IMG/VR virus record: IMGVR_UViG_3300011577_000001 | Reading direction: 5' to 3' (one strand) | Source of the DNA: a virus | Lineage: Duplodnaviria > Caudoviricetes | Length of the DNA stretch: 64,000 nucleotides | Shown here: positions 35,562 to 49,134 of the stretch, piece after piece | How positions within the stretch are numbered: position 1 is the stretch's first letter | Layout of the letters: the number at the start of each line of letters is the position of its first letter | Made by a program: the position numbers and the translations under genes | Notes under the pieces: model-generated | Told to the model about the DNA's origin: nothing | Databases searched by the model: none | What the model saw: the letters and a program-made list of their open reading frames with translations, nothing else

Positions 35562-36219
35562 TCTTCAAAGCCTCGACCTGTTTCTCAGGCGCGTAATAGA
35601 ACGTCGGAGTCTCTTGGTCTTCGGAGACCAGCTCAGTCAGGTACAGTGGTTCGTCCTTCTTGAGTTCAAGACCCCAGTGTTTAGGGCTGCCGCTGTAACC
35701 GTACTTGGCGAACATCAGAATGTCGGCAGTCAGGACTACAGGTTCATGGCGCACCTTGATGTAGTGCTTGCTAGGATCTTCAGCACAGACCTCTATTTCA
35801 TACGGCGTACGAATTTCTTTATACGCATCCCACAGCAGATCCTTACAAATAGCAGTCCAGATTTCCTCTTCATTCTCACGAGCCCAGTGGAAATCTTCGT
35901 GAGTTTCGTAGCGAACGACAACCGGGATTGCTTCTTCTTCATTAATGACAGCCATCCCGCAGAACGCATCACGTTTACCAATCTCGGCAGCAGGCAACGC
36001 GTAGTACAGGTACTCATCAATGAAGAGCATCAGTTCTTTCACGGAATCGGCATGGGTTTTCCGGTCCATGATGGGTTTGAGGATGGCTCGAGCAACGATG
36101 CCCTGAGTTTGTTTACGCTTGGTCATCTTCAAGGCTTTCTTTTGAACTTCCTTGAAACCGTGAAACTTGTTGGTCAGGGCCAGTACCAGCAGGGAATACA
36201 GATCGTCGAACTTTTCCAC
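35527..36219 (-). CDS. Hypothetical protein
   Basis: 230 aa ORF overlapping the folA start. Confidence 0.65.
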   Translation of the reverse strand: MEKFDDLYSLLVLALTNKFHGFKEVQKKALKMTKRKQTQGIVARAILKPIMDRKTHADSVKELMLFIDEYLYYALPAAEIGKRDAFCGMAVINEEEAIPVVVRYETHEDFHWARENEEEIWTAICKDLLWDAYKEIRTPYEIEVCAEDPSKHYIKVRHEPVVLTADILMFAKYGYSGSPKHWGLELKKDEPLYLTELVSEDQETPTFYYAPEKQVEALKNASESDCGDGC

Positions 36220-36289
36220 GTTTACTACCTTAATGTCTTAGCTCTTCTTAGAGCAGGGATTAGAAGGGGTTCCGAAGAACCCCGAGGAT

Positions 36290-37302
36290 TTAGATCTTTG
36301 CCAACCAGTGATCACGAGGAACACGAACCGAAGCCGAGTGTTGGTGTCCACCACCACCCAGGCGTTCAGCCAGAATTGCACAATCTACTGCATCCGGGTT
36401 GTCCCGACTAGAATTGAAACGGAACACCCGCGAATCGACCGTGTCAAAGTAGCTGACCACCAAAGGATGATCTTTGGTGTAGCGATCGTTGAGGGCCGAG
36501 TACAACGGCTTTGGAGCGTTGAACATTGGAGCACGGTTGATGTTGATCGCCCGTACGCCTTGTTCCTCATCCCCATCCAGGCAGATGCTGAACTCACGTT
36601 GGGTTTCGCGAGCATACCAATCCAGCAGGTTGTTGTCGCTACGTTCCAACACTTCGCCTGCATCGATCAGGTTCTGTGGAGGTAGCAGCGCCAAAGCTTC
36701 CCACTGGACCAGGTCAGCCTCGGTGTTACCGGTCAGGAACGCCCCACAGGCACGACTGTACTGACGACTACCCGGCACCTTGAAACGCCACAGATCAGCA
36801 TCAGCCGACATCGTGACGATGGTGGGTTCAGGTGCTTCCATACCGTTGAAGAACTTCCAGGCCAGTTGTGCACCCGATTCGTAGATGTCTACGTACAGCT
36901 TGAGGTTTGGCGGACACACCTCGTAAGGCATAGGACCTTCGTACGGTTTGCCCATGTCCTCGGCGATATTGAACGCTTGCTGGGCTGAGCTGGTTTCGCT
37001 GCGCAGATCCGTGTACATCTTCTCGGTGGTCTTGTGGTGGTCGATGACGATCACCAGTTCAGCTACTTTACACAGATCCCTCAACACCGAGATCGGGTAG
37101 GAGAAGTCCAGGATGTACAGGATTTCGCCAGCTTCGATCTTCGGTGGCGCTTCCCCGTACTCTGCCGATACGAAGGTCGCATGAGGGAGGCGTTGACGCG
37201 CTACAAAGGCAGCCGTGATACCATCGACACAATTCCTGTGATAGACGACTGTGGTCTTTTTCGGTTCAGTCATATCCCCTCCTAGGGATTTAAAGATTGA
37301 TG

Positions 37303-37306
<4 letters not shown>
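36290..37306 (-). CDS. DHH/DHHA1 family phosphoesterase
   Basis: YHRNCVDG, ILDFS, IDHHKT, D.DLW, GGGGH..AS motifs. Confidence 0.88.
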
Positions 37307-41061
<3,755 letters not shown>

Positions 41062-41064
41062 TCC

Positions 41065-41316
41065 TTACTGGTGTGGGTAGTTGTACATGTTGCGGACAGT
41101 GGAGACCTGATGATTCAGTTCCATGCCCAGGTATTGTTGGTGAATCGTTTGGTCAGCTTGGGAAAGCAGACTCAGAGCTTGACAGGCTTCTGTTGCGGTG
41201 TTCGGTGGGAAGAGCATGATAGCTTTCCCAGCTTTGGTGGTGAAACGGGTTTGCGGATAGAGCCTTACCAACAAGTCTACCGCATCTCGTACTTGGTTGG
41301 CGTCAAGCATTGGCAT
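41065..41316 (-). CDS. Hypothetical protein
   Basis: AGGAG RBS; 3 bp from the next gene. Confidence 0.6.
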   Translation of the reverse strand: MPMLDANQVRDAVDLLVRLYPQTRFTTKAGKAIMLFPPNTATEACQALSLLSQADQTIHQQYLGMELNHQVSTVRNMYNYPHQ

Positions 41317-41428
41317 GGATTACTCTCCTTAGAGCAGATGCCATAAGGATGGGAATAAAAGCCCCCATCCTTATTCTTTTTATAGAACAGGTTTATTTAG
41401 GCAATTGATAGCCCAAGGATGTTAGGTT

Positions 41429-42646
41429 TTACTTGCGCAGCTTGGGGTCCCACTGAGTACCCTCGAGAAGGTAGTCCAGTTTCCCTTCGGCTGCTTCTTG
41501 TATTGCTTGTTCTCGATCAGCGACCTCTTCGGGGGTTAGCTCTTCTTCCTGTGCTTTAAGGACAGATTGCTCGTACTCAAGCTGTTCTTCCTTAGAGACT
41601 GGGAGTCCGCGGTCATCCAACAATGTTAGAAAGCCTGGAGAAGAGTGGTCGATTGGTTTGGGTCCAGGTCTCATGCGTTGTTTGATTCTTGCCATCAGTG
41701 CAGAGTCAGAACCCGCTTCAAGGATTTCCTTGATAACCTCAGGGTCTACCGACTCTCCGTTTTCGATTGCTTGGGACAGCTCTTCTTTACCAGCTTGCCA
41801 AGCACCGTCTTCTGGACCCAGCACAGTGATGAGAACGCCTTTATCCACGATCTGACCCTCCAACGGTTTCTCTTTGGGTTCACCCAGATGGTACTCGACA
41901 TTACCCTCACTATCCAGAGACTCACGGATCAGAATCCCGTAGTTCCGACGGTTTAGGTTCTCGTCCAGATCCATGACAGGCGAAACGACTTCACCCTCGA
42001 TTGGAACGTTGCGCTTGGAAAGAGCAGCGACCTTGAAAAGATCGAGCATTCCGTTATCACCCAGCAACCCGGACTTCTGCATGATACGATCTACTTCGCC
42101 GTCAAGGTGCTCGCCTTCAATCGGAGCTGGTTCAGAAGTACCCAGCGCAATACCAAGGAAGTCGATGTCCCGCAGATCGCGCTTAACGCCGTCTGTACCC
42201 ACAGCAAAAGCTGTGACCTTGGGGAGGAACTCGCCACCCTTGATGGTGTGATCGAGAGCGCCTTCTTCGTAATGTCGCAGGCGGTTCAGGGAACCAGGAG
42301 CTGTCATCGGCACCATGCGATCAGGCGGAACCACAGGGATATTCCCGATTGGCTTCGCGAAGATGTCGCTATCGATGTCCACAAAGCGACCGCGCAGCAA
42401 CGCCACTTGGTCGTATTGGCTTTCGCTGATGAGTCCTTGATCCAACCAACCTTTCAGCAGAGGGTCGGGGGTATGGGCTGCACGCTGTTTCTTGATGTAG
42501 GCATCCAGCATCTGGAACTCGCAACGCATGGCGTAGTCGTTGTACCAGAAGTAGAAGTCGTCGATGATCTGCGGAAGGATGTGATCCGGCAGACCAGTCA
42601 TGTTGAAAGGATCGAACTTTGGAATTGCTTGAGCACCGCTTTTCAT
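41429..42646 (-). CDS. Hypothetical acidic protein
   Basis: AAGGAG RBS; 405 aa. Confidence 0.75.
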   Translation of the reverse strand: MKSGAQAIPKFDPFNMTGLPDHILPQIIDDFYFWYNDYAMRCEFQMLDAYIKKQRAAHTPDPLLKGWLDQGLISESQYDQVALLRGRFVDIDSDIFAKPIGNIPVVPPDRMVPMTAPGSLNRLRHYEEGALDHTIKGGEFLPKVTAFAVGTDGVKRDLRDIDFLGIALGTSEPAPIEGEHLDGEVDRIMQKSGLLGDNGMLDLFKVAALSKRNVPIEGEVVSPVMDLDENLNRRNYGILIRESLDSEGNVEYHLGEPKEKPLEGQIVDKGVLITVLGPEDGAWQAGKEELSQAIENGESVDPEVIKEILEAGSDSALMARIKQRMRPGPKPIDHSSPGFLTLLDDRGLPVSKEEQLEYEQSVLKAQEEELTPEEVADREQAIQEAAEGKLDYLLEGTQWDPKLRK

Positions 42647-42674
42647 TTTGAGTCTCCTTAGACTTTTAGTTTAG

Positions 42675-43010
42675 TTAGCCGATGATAGCGCCGAAGCGAA
42701 TCTCACCGTCAGTTGCTTGGTTGACCCACGCCTGAACGAACGCTCGCTCTTCAGCCATGAGGTAGTCGTGTACTACTTGTTTCTCGATGTGTTCAGGCAA
42801 ACCCGATTGGTTGAACGGGTCAAAGCCAACCATCACCACACGAGACACAGTGTTGCGCAGAACCTTAGGTTTCTGACGTTTGAAGCGAACACCCTTGATT
42901 TGTGGGAATTCGACACCCTTAGCTTTCAAGGCATCCAACTGTGCCTTGACTACCTTACGGCAAAAGATGGTGGCCTTGTGGTTGAATTCGTCAATGGAAC
43001 GCTGAGACAT
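42675..43010 (-). CDS. Hypothetical protein sharing an FDPFN motif with the downstream gene
   Basis: AGGAG RBS; GFDPFNQSGLPEHI. Confidence 0.7.
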   Translation of the reverse strand: MSQRSIDEFNHKATIFCRKVVKAQLDALKAKGVEFPQIKGVRFKRQKPKVLRNTVSRVVMVGFDPFNQSGLPEHIEKQVVHDYLMAEERAFVQAWVNQATDGEIRFGAIIG

Positions 43011-43052
43011 GATGTTCTCCTGGAGTGGGAGGGTTTCCCCTCCCTTAGCGGG

Positions 43053-43499
43053 TTAAAGGTAACGTGGATAAGTTTTACCGATGAACTGATCCAGGAGCAA
43101 GATATCCTTTTGATCTTTCTCGCGATTCAAGGCCATCTTCTGGAACAGCACGCAATCCGGCATGTAAGTACCCACACCATCCCAGTGCCAGCTACGAACA
43201 CCGATAGGCATTGGGTGAACATCCACAAACTCGTTCAACACCACCAGTTCACTACAAGGTTCCCACGGCAACACGTCACGCATACGCTGCGTAACAGTCA
43301 ACTGCTTGACTTCATACTTCCCCGAATGTTTCAGGTGATGATACAGTGCTGGAGGAATATCCAGATCAATATCACCTGTCTCCTCACGAAGACCAAACAA
43401 CAACAGAGAACCACCAGCACTTACCAATGCTTGATCGGCTTTCAGATTGAATTGTTCGAGTACATTGAAATACTCTTCACGGAATTTAGCAAGGTTCAT
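43053..43499 (-). CDS. Nucleotidyltransferase-fold (pol beta superfamily) protein
   Basis: AGGSL..GLRE.TGDIDL and K...NREKD..DI motifs. Confidence 0.65.
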   Translation of the reverse strand: MNLAKFREEYFNVLEQFNLKADQALVSAGGSLLLFGLREETGDIDLDIPPALYHHLKHSGKYEVKQLTVTQRMRDVLPWEPCSELVVLNEFVDVHPMPIGVRSWHWDGVGTYMPDCVLFQKMALNREKDQKDILLLDQFIGKTYPRYL

Positions 43500-43540
43500 T
43501 ATTGATCTCCTTAGATCGAAAGGTTAGGTAGCTCACTGGG

Positions 43541-43564
43541 GTAATATATACTTGAAATTCAGTT
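43541..43564 (-). promoter_or_regulatory. phiKZ-type early promoter (TATATTAC)
   Basis: - strand AACTGAATTTCAAGTATATATTAC. Confidence 0.8.
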
Positions 43565-43708
43565 AATTGCGGTCAGTCTAAAACTACATAACCCCTACCT
43601 CCTATGTCAGTTCCGCGTAGTGTTTTCAAACGTCGTTTTGAGAACCTAATGTTATAGTCACGGACAACTTTAAGTCCTTCGTACAGCCCAAAGTTCAAGG
43701 TTAGAACC

Positions 43709-46216
43709 ATGATTCGAGAGATGATCAAATTCGACGGCACTCGTGAGCCGTTCATTGCAGAAAAGCCTGCGCGCTGGACGCAATGGGGTGCCCGTAAGCT
43801 CGGTAAGCGCGTGGACTGGCCCAGCATTCTCGCCGAAGCAGTAAATGAGTGTCCTCCTGTTCTCTCGACCCTCGAGTTCCAGGAGAAGCTGGTAGACGTG
43901 ACCCTACGCGGTGAGTCGTGGGCACACTACCTGATGGCCGGTCGCCTTTATGCCCCGCTCATCATGAAACAGACCTTTGGTAACGAGGTCCCCACCATCC
44001 GTGAGCTGCACGAAAAGCTGGCGCTGATGGGTTACATGTACCGCCTGGACTACTCGGAAGCTGAATACGCCGAGTGCCAGAAGCTGATCGACCACAAGAA
44101 AGATCAGACCTACCCGCACTTCCGCAGCGAGTACATCTACAAGAAGTACGCCCTGCAAAACCGCATCGGTACTTCGAAGCAAGTCTTCGAAACGCCCCAG
44201 TTCGTTTACATGCGTATGGCGATGGCTCTCTCCGAAGATCAGCCGCGTGACCGCCGCATGCGTGATGTAGCCAAGTTCTACGAGCACCTTTCTGACGCCC
44301 GCATTAACGCCCCGACTCCGAACTACGTGAACCTGGGTACCCCACTGCGCGGCTTCGCTTCTTGCTGCATCTACAGCAACGAAGACACCGCTGCCTCGAT
44401 CGGCATCGGTCTGCACATCGCTTACACCATGACCTACATGTCCGCAGGTTGTGGTACTCACCTGAACACTCGTTCGCTGGGTGAGCCTGTCCGTGGTGGC
44501 ATGATCCGTCACCAGGGCAAACTGCCGTACATCCGTGCTACCAAGGCCATGGTTGAAGCCAACCTGCAAAACGGCCGTGGTGGGGCTGACACGCTGACCT
44601 ACAGCATGTTCGACCCTGAGAACGAAACCCTGCTGCAACTCCAGAACCCGATGTCGACTGCGGACAAGCAGATTCGTGGTATCGACTACTCGGTCACGGT
44701 CAGCAAGTTCATCGCTCGCTTCGCTGGCGCCAAAGGAAAGCTGTTCAAGTTCAACAGCTTCACTGCCCCGGATCTGTACGACGCCTTCTACTCGGCAGAC
44801 TTTGCCAAGTTCGAAGAACTGTACGCCAAGTACGAAGCCGATCCGCTGTTCGTCAAGGACTACTTCAACGCTCGTGAGCTGGTGCTGGTCGCTCTGACCG
44901 AAGCCCTGGAAACTGGTCGCTACTACCTGACCTGGGCTGACGAGATGAATCGTCACACCCCGTTCTACGACGAGATCTTCGCTTCCAACCTGTGCCAAGA
45001 GATCATGCTGCCTCAGCGTGGTTACGCTCACATGCTGGACCTGTACTCGGAAAGTTCGGTCGGCTACATCCGTCTGACCACTACCGATGGCAATCGCATG
45101 GAACTCGAGGCACCGCAGAAGGTCTGGGTGGATCGAGAGATCCCGATGGACTACCCGGTCGGTCGTATCGCACGCCCTGCCATCGCAGCTATCGAGCTGC
45201 AACCAGGTGAATCGTTCCGTACCGTGAAGGACGGTCTGACCTACACCGTTGCTACGGTTGACGAGATCAAGCGCGAACCAGAAGTTGCCATGTGCAACAT
45301 CGGCGGTATCGTACCTGCGAACATCGAGAGCGACGAGCAGTGGGCAGAAGTGGCCTACTACACCCTGCTGATGATCGACATCTGCATTCACAAGGCTGAG
45401 TACGAGTTGCCGCACATCGGCTACACGTCCAAGTCGCGCATGAATGCTGGCGTGGGTCTGATGGGTGTCGCGACCTGGATGGCGAAGAACAACCTCCGGT
45501 ACTCGACCCAGGAAGGCAAGAACGCGCTGTTCCACCTCGACGAAACCCACATGTACCACCTGATCACTCAGTCGATCCAGTTGGGCAAAGAACGTGGTAA
45601 CGCTCCGTGGATGCACCGTACCAAGTGGCCAGAAGGTTACCTGCCGCAAGACAGCGCCAACCAGAACGTCCTGGAACTGGTAACTGTCAAGCCTGCTCGT
45701 GACTGGGCTCCGGTTCGTGCTGCCCTGATCGAAAACGAGGGCATGCGCTTCTCCTGCGTCAACTCCCACATGCCAGGCGAATCCAGCTCGAAAGCTGCTG
45801 GTCAACCAAACGGTCGTTACCCGGTTCGTGACGTGGTCATGACCAAGACCGACAACGGCATCGTATCGCGTTGGGCTGCACCGGAAGGTGACATCTGGGC
45901 TGATCGTTACGAGATCGCCTGGGACCTCGATTACACCCACCAGATCGACAGCTACGCCGTCGGCCAGTACTGGTGTGACCAAGGGATGTCCGCTGACCAA
46001 TGGCGCCGCCTGCCACCAGGTGAAACCGTAGGTTCGGCTGAACTGCTGCAAGGGTTCTTCCGCATGACCAAGTACGGCTTCAAATCCCGTTACTACTACA
46101 ACACGCTGACCACCGCTCCGAAGCGGATGGAAAACGGCGAGATCGTGATGGTCGAAGTGCGCAACACCGACAAGGCCCCAGAAGCCGATTGCGGTGCTGG
46201 TGGTTGCAAGATGTAA
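43709..46216 (+). CDS. nrdA: Ribonucleotide reductase class Ia alpha subunit, with an insert in the catalytic loop
   Basis: ETPQF.YMRMA, PTP, FASCC, RGG, SNLCQEI, MCNIG, SRYYYN, C-terminal CGAGGC. Confidence 0.95.
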   Translation: MIREMIKFDGTREPFIAEKPARWTQWGARKLGKRVDWPSILAEAVNECPPVLSTLEFQEKLVDVTLRGESWAHYLMAGRLYAPLIMKQTFGNEVPTIRELHEKLALMGYMYRLDYSEAEYAECQKLIDHKKDQTYPHFRSEYIYKKYALQNRIGTSKQVFETPQFVYMRMAMALSEDQPRDRRMRDVAKFYEHLSDARINAPTPNYVNLGTPLRGFASCCIYSNEDTAASIGIGLHIAYTMTYMSAGCGTHLNTRSLGEPVRGGMIRHQGKLPYIRATKAMVEANLQNGRGGADTLTYSMFDPENETLLQLQNPMSTADKQIRGIDYSVTVSKFIARFAGAKGKLFKFNSFTAPDLYDAFYSADFAKFEELYAKYEADPLFVKDYFNARELVLVALTEALETGRYYLTWADEMNRHTPFYDEIFASNLCQEIMLPQRGYAHMLDLYSESSVGYIRLTTTDGNRMELEAPQKVWVDREIPMDYPVGRIARPAIAAIELQPGESFRTVKDGLTYTVATVDEIKREPEVAMCNIGGIVPANIESDEQWAEVAYYTLLMIDICIHKAEYELPHIGYTSKSRMNAGVGLMGVATWMAKNNLRYSTQEGKNALFHLDETHMYHLITQSIQLGKERGNAPWMHRTKWPEGYLPQDSANQNVLELVTVKPARDWAPVRAALIENEGMRFSCVNSHMPGESSSKAAGQPNGRYPVRDVVMTKTDNGIVSRWAAPEGDIWADRYEIAWDLDYTHQIDSYAVGQYWCDQGMSADQWRRLPPGETVGSAELLQGFFRMTKYGFKSRYYYNTLTTAPKRMENGEIVMVEVRNTDKAPEADCGAGGCKM

Positions 46217-46221
46217 TTGAA

Positions 46222-46243
46222 AGGGGCTCCTTCGGGAGCCCCG
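46222..46243 (+). terminator. Hairpin between nrdA and nrdB (attenuator or terminator)
   Basis: GGGGCTCC-TTCG-GGAGCCCC; weak U-tract. Confidence 0.55.
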
Positions 46244-46272
46244 ACACTTAACGAACATTAGGGTAAAAGGTA

Positions 46273-47442
46273 GTGTCTAAACCAATCATGTTGGAGATGG
46301 GCTTTCCCGCCACTCCACCGGTAATCGATCAGGCGATTTTCAACCTGTACAAAAACGACTACCAGAACACCAGCCTGTTGCTTGGGGAGCCCGGCGGGTT
46401 GTTCGATACGGTCAACAAAAAGTTCCCAGATGTCTGGAAGCTTTACAAGACCATGAAATCGCTGGACTGGGATGAGAACGAAATTCCGTTCACTTCCTGC
46501 AACGCTGAGTTCAAGAACCCACTACTGCGCACCAAAGCGCAGAAGATGATCAAGTCCTTGGCTTGGCAATGGGAAGCTGACTCGGTAGCGTCTCGCAGCA
46601 TCTCGCACATCGTCAGCCTGTTCAACCCAGCTCCTGAGCTGTGGGCAGCCTGGCAGCGTATTTCGGACAACGAAGTGGTTCACGCCGCTACCTACTCCGA
46701 GATCGTTCGTGCTTCGTTCGATAACCCACGTGATGTCCTCGACAAGATCCTCGAGATCACTGAAGCCATGCAGCGCTTGGAATCGGTCTCTCGTGAGATG
46801 GCGTGGATTCGAGAGCGGGGCCTCAAGTTCCAACTAGGCTTGGTTCCAAACGACCAAGAAACCTACAACGCAATCTTCATGTTTGCGTTCGTGATGTTGG
46901 TACTGGAACGTCTTCAATTCATGGCCTCGTTCGCCGTGACCTTCGCGTTGGCGGCAGAAGACCTGTTTATCCCAATCGGGAAGATGGTCCAGAAGATCGC
47001 CCAAGACGAATTCGAAGTGCACACTGCACTCGACTTCACCGTCCTTTATATGGAGATGCAGACCGAGCGTGGGCAGATCGCTTACGAACAACTGCGTCCT
47101 CGTATGAACGCGCTGCTCAACGAAGTCATCCACACCGAAATGAACTGGTCCGATTTCGTCTTTGTTGACGACGAGACTGGCGAGTACGTGGAAGACCTCA
47201 AGTACTGCAACCGCAAGCAGCTCAAGGACTTCGTTCTGTTCAACGCCACGTTCATTGCACGCTCCATGCGTCTGGACATGGAATACCCACAAGTGGAAAA
47301 CCTGCCGCTCCACTACATGAAGACCTGGATGAACATGGGCGATACCCAGCCTTCTCCACAAGAGCAGGCTAACGCTCAGTACAAGGTCAACGTAGTGGTG
47401 CGGGACGACGCAGACGTAGAGTTTGATCTCTCCGGCATCTGA
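46273..47442 (+). CDS. nrdB: Ribonucleotide reductase class Ia beta subunit
   Basis: W..E, ADS, NEVVHAATY, LERLQF.ASF, DEFEVH, SPQE...QY. Confidence 0.93.
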   Translation: MSKPIMLEMGFPATPPVIDQAIFNLYKNDYQNTSLLLGEPGGLFDTVNKKFPDVWKLYKTMKSLDWDENEIPFTSCNAEFKNPLLRTKAQKMIKSLAWQWEADSVASRSISHIVSLFNPAPELWAAWQRISDNEVVHAATYSEIVRASFDNPRDVLDKILEITEAMQRLESVSREMAWIRERGLKFQLGLVPNDQETYNAIFMFAFVMLVLERLQFMASFAVTFALAAEDLFIPIGKMVQKIAQDEFEVHTALDFTVLYMEMQTERGQIAYEQLRPRMNALLNEVIHTEMNWSDFVFVDDETGEYVEDLKYCNRKQLKDFVLFNATFIARSMRLDMEYPQVENLPLHYMKTWMNMGDTQPSPQEQANAQYKVNVVVRDDADVEFDLSGI

Positions 47443-47664
47443 GGAATCAACATGGCTAGTTTCGGCTTAGTGTTGTTGGGCGCAGTTGGTGGTGTGGTAC
47501 TTTGCGGTGTTGTTTTGCTGTACATCGGTTACAAAATGTTCACACGCAGCTAAAAGGGTTTATATGGAACATCATGAGTTCGGGACAGCACACTACATCC
47601 TGGTTGTCATGATCGTGGGTATTGTGTTGCTCAAGATCTCTGACTTTTGGAAAGGACGTAAAGA

Positions 47665-47934
47665 ATGAAAATCGGTGAGAACTCATTCGATGTCATTCGT
47701 GGTCTGCGCATCATTCTGGAGTGCAGTCACTATCCCATCCGCCCTGAACACCGTGATGGCGAGATCGTTTTCAAAGACGGTAAGTCTCACTACTTCAGGA
47801 TCATCAACAGCTTGTGTATCCCTGGGGATGTAAAAGAGCTGTTCAACGTACACGGCATTGGTTTGGTGATTGCCAAACAGTTCAGTGCCGAGTCCTGCAA
47901 GTTCTACGGGGACCGTAATGGGTTCCTGACATAA
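47665..47934 (+). CDS. Hypothetical protein
   Basis: ATGA coupling with a small upstream membrane ORF; ends at a terminator. Confidence 0.55.
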   Translation: MKIGENSFDVIRGLRIILECSHYPIRPEHRDGEIVFKDGKSHYFRIINSLCIPGDVKELFNVHGIGLVIAKQFSAESCKFYGDRNGFLT

Positions 47935-47977
47935 AAAAAAAAAAGAAGGGGTGCGAGCCCCTTCTTTTTATGCCGTC
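47928..47977. terminator. Bidirectional terminator
   Basis: GACATA-A run-GAAGGGG..CCCCTTC-TTTTTATGCCGTC. Confidence 0.8.
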
Positions 47978-48616
47978 TTAAAACGGTTGTAGACGCAAAC
48001 AGTGATGGATATAGAGCAGGCGTTCTTCACGCAGCGGGTGGGTGTTCTTCACCGCGATGTTGAAAGCTACGCCTTCAGACAACTCGATTTTCGCGTTGGT
48101 ATGTCGCATGGCCTTCTGGAGGGTGAGGATCAGGTCGAAGCAATCGCGCCTATCGGAAGGTAGTCGCGAGAACCCGTTGTTGACGTCGAGGTACTTCGAA
48201 AGGTTGTTGGCTGCCCAGTGGCGGATAGTCGAATCGTAGTCTGGGTCAGCTACTTCCGGGCGGTCATTGTTCAGGTAGTCGTATGCGTGATTGACCGCAT
48301 CCCACGTAGCACGTTTTGGTAAGATCACGATGTGGTGATCGTGGTCATCGATGTTGTGAAGGAGAGCACCCCGGATGTGGATGCTACGAACCGACAGGAA
48401 CGTTTTATGGCGCCGGATATGGGCATCCAACTCCTTTTGCACTTCTTGTTGGAGGCGCTCAAACGAGTGACCGAACTCGACACCTTCGCCTCGTGGGCGA
48501 CGAGTGAGTTTATTGTAGTGACTGTGGATCTCAGCCAGACGAGCCAGATCCAGTTCATTCAGGACATCACCACCGTCTACAGCCAAGGTGATGTCCACGC
48601 GATTAAAACGAGCCAT
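47978..48616 (-). CDS. Hypothetical protein
   Basis: TAATG coupling; AGGAGG RBS. Confidence 0.7.
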   Translation of the reverse strand: MARFNRVDITLAVDGGDVLNELDLARLAEIHSHYNKLTRRPRGEGVEFGHSFERLQQEVQKELDAHIRRHKTFLSVRSIHIRGALLHNIDDHDHHIVILPKRATWDAVNHAYDYLNNDRPEVADPDYDSTIRHWAANNLSKYLDVNNGFSRLPSDRRDCFDLILTLQKAMRHTNAKIELSEGVAFNIAVKNTHPLREERLLYIHHCLRLQPF

Positions 48617-49134
48617 TAGTTACCCTCCTTAGGGCTAGACATGAATTGAACGTCAGAGTGACCACCAGCGGTCACGGTTGGAACGATGTAGTGTTGCGTG
48701 TGGTGCTTGATGATCGCGTAGCACTGACCTACGTTAGCGGTCATCCCGTGGTACAGCGAATCTGACAGCTTGATGCGATATTTGCGGGAACCGATCAATA
48801 ACAGAGAAGTGGCTGGCTGATGCAGCGGCACCTCTTCGATCTTGTCGTCTCGCAGATAGCCACCGTAGACCACAGTTGCCGGATACAGACCGACAGTCTT
48901 ACGGTTGGTCCGAGACATCACCATCGCTTGGAACTCACCTACGAACTTCTCGTTAGGGTGAGACTGGACGTCGATGACATCGTCCTGCGGTTCTGGTTTG
49001 GGCTTACGCTTTTCATCCAGAACCTTTTGAAGCATTGCGATCTGGGCTTCGAGTCGAGCCTCGGTCCAGTCTTTGTAGTCATGACCACAGGCGCACGGCG
49101 TTTCCCAGCATTTGATGCAGTCAGACATTGCCAT
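48616..49134 (-). CDS. Hypothetical protein with an N-terminal CxxC..CxC motif
   Basis: MSDCIKCWETPCACG; overlapped gene chain. Confidence 0.7.
   Translation of the reverse strand: MAMSDCIKCWETPCACGHDYKDWTEARLEAQIAMLQKVLDEKRKPKPEPQDDVIDVQSHPNEKFVGEFQAMVMSRTNRKTVGLYPATVVYGGYLRDDKIEEVPLHQPATSLLLIGSRKYRIKLSDSLYHGMTANVGQCYAIIKHHTQHYIVPTVTAGGHSDVQFMSSPKEGN

Noticed and set aside
45040-45280. Active intein in nrdA
   Set aside because: Too short, with no TxxH and no terminal His-Asn followed by Cys/Ser/Thr; reported only as a degenerate remnant.
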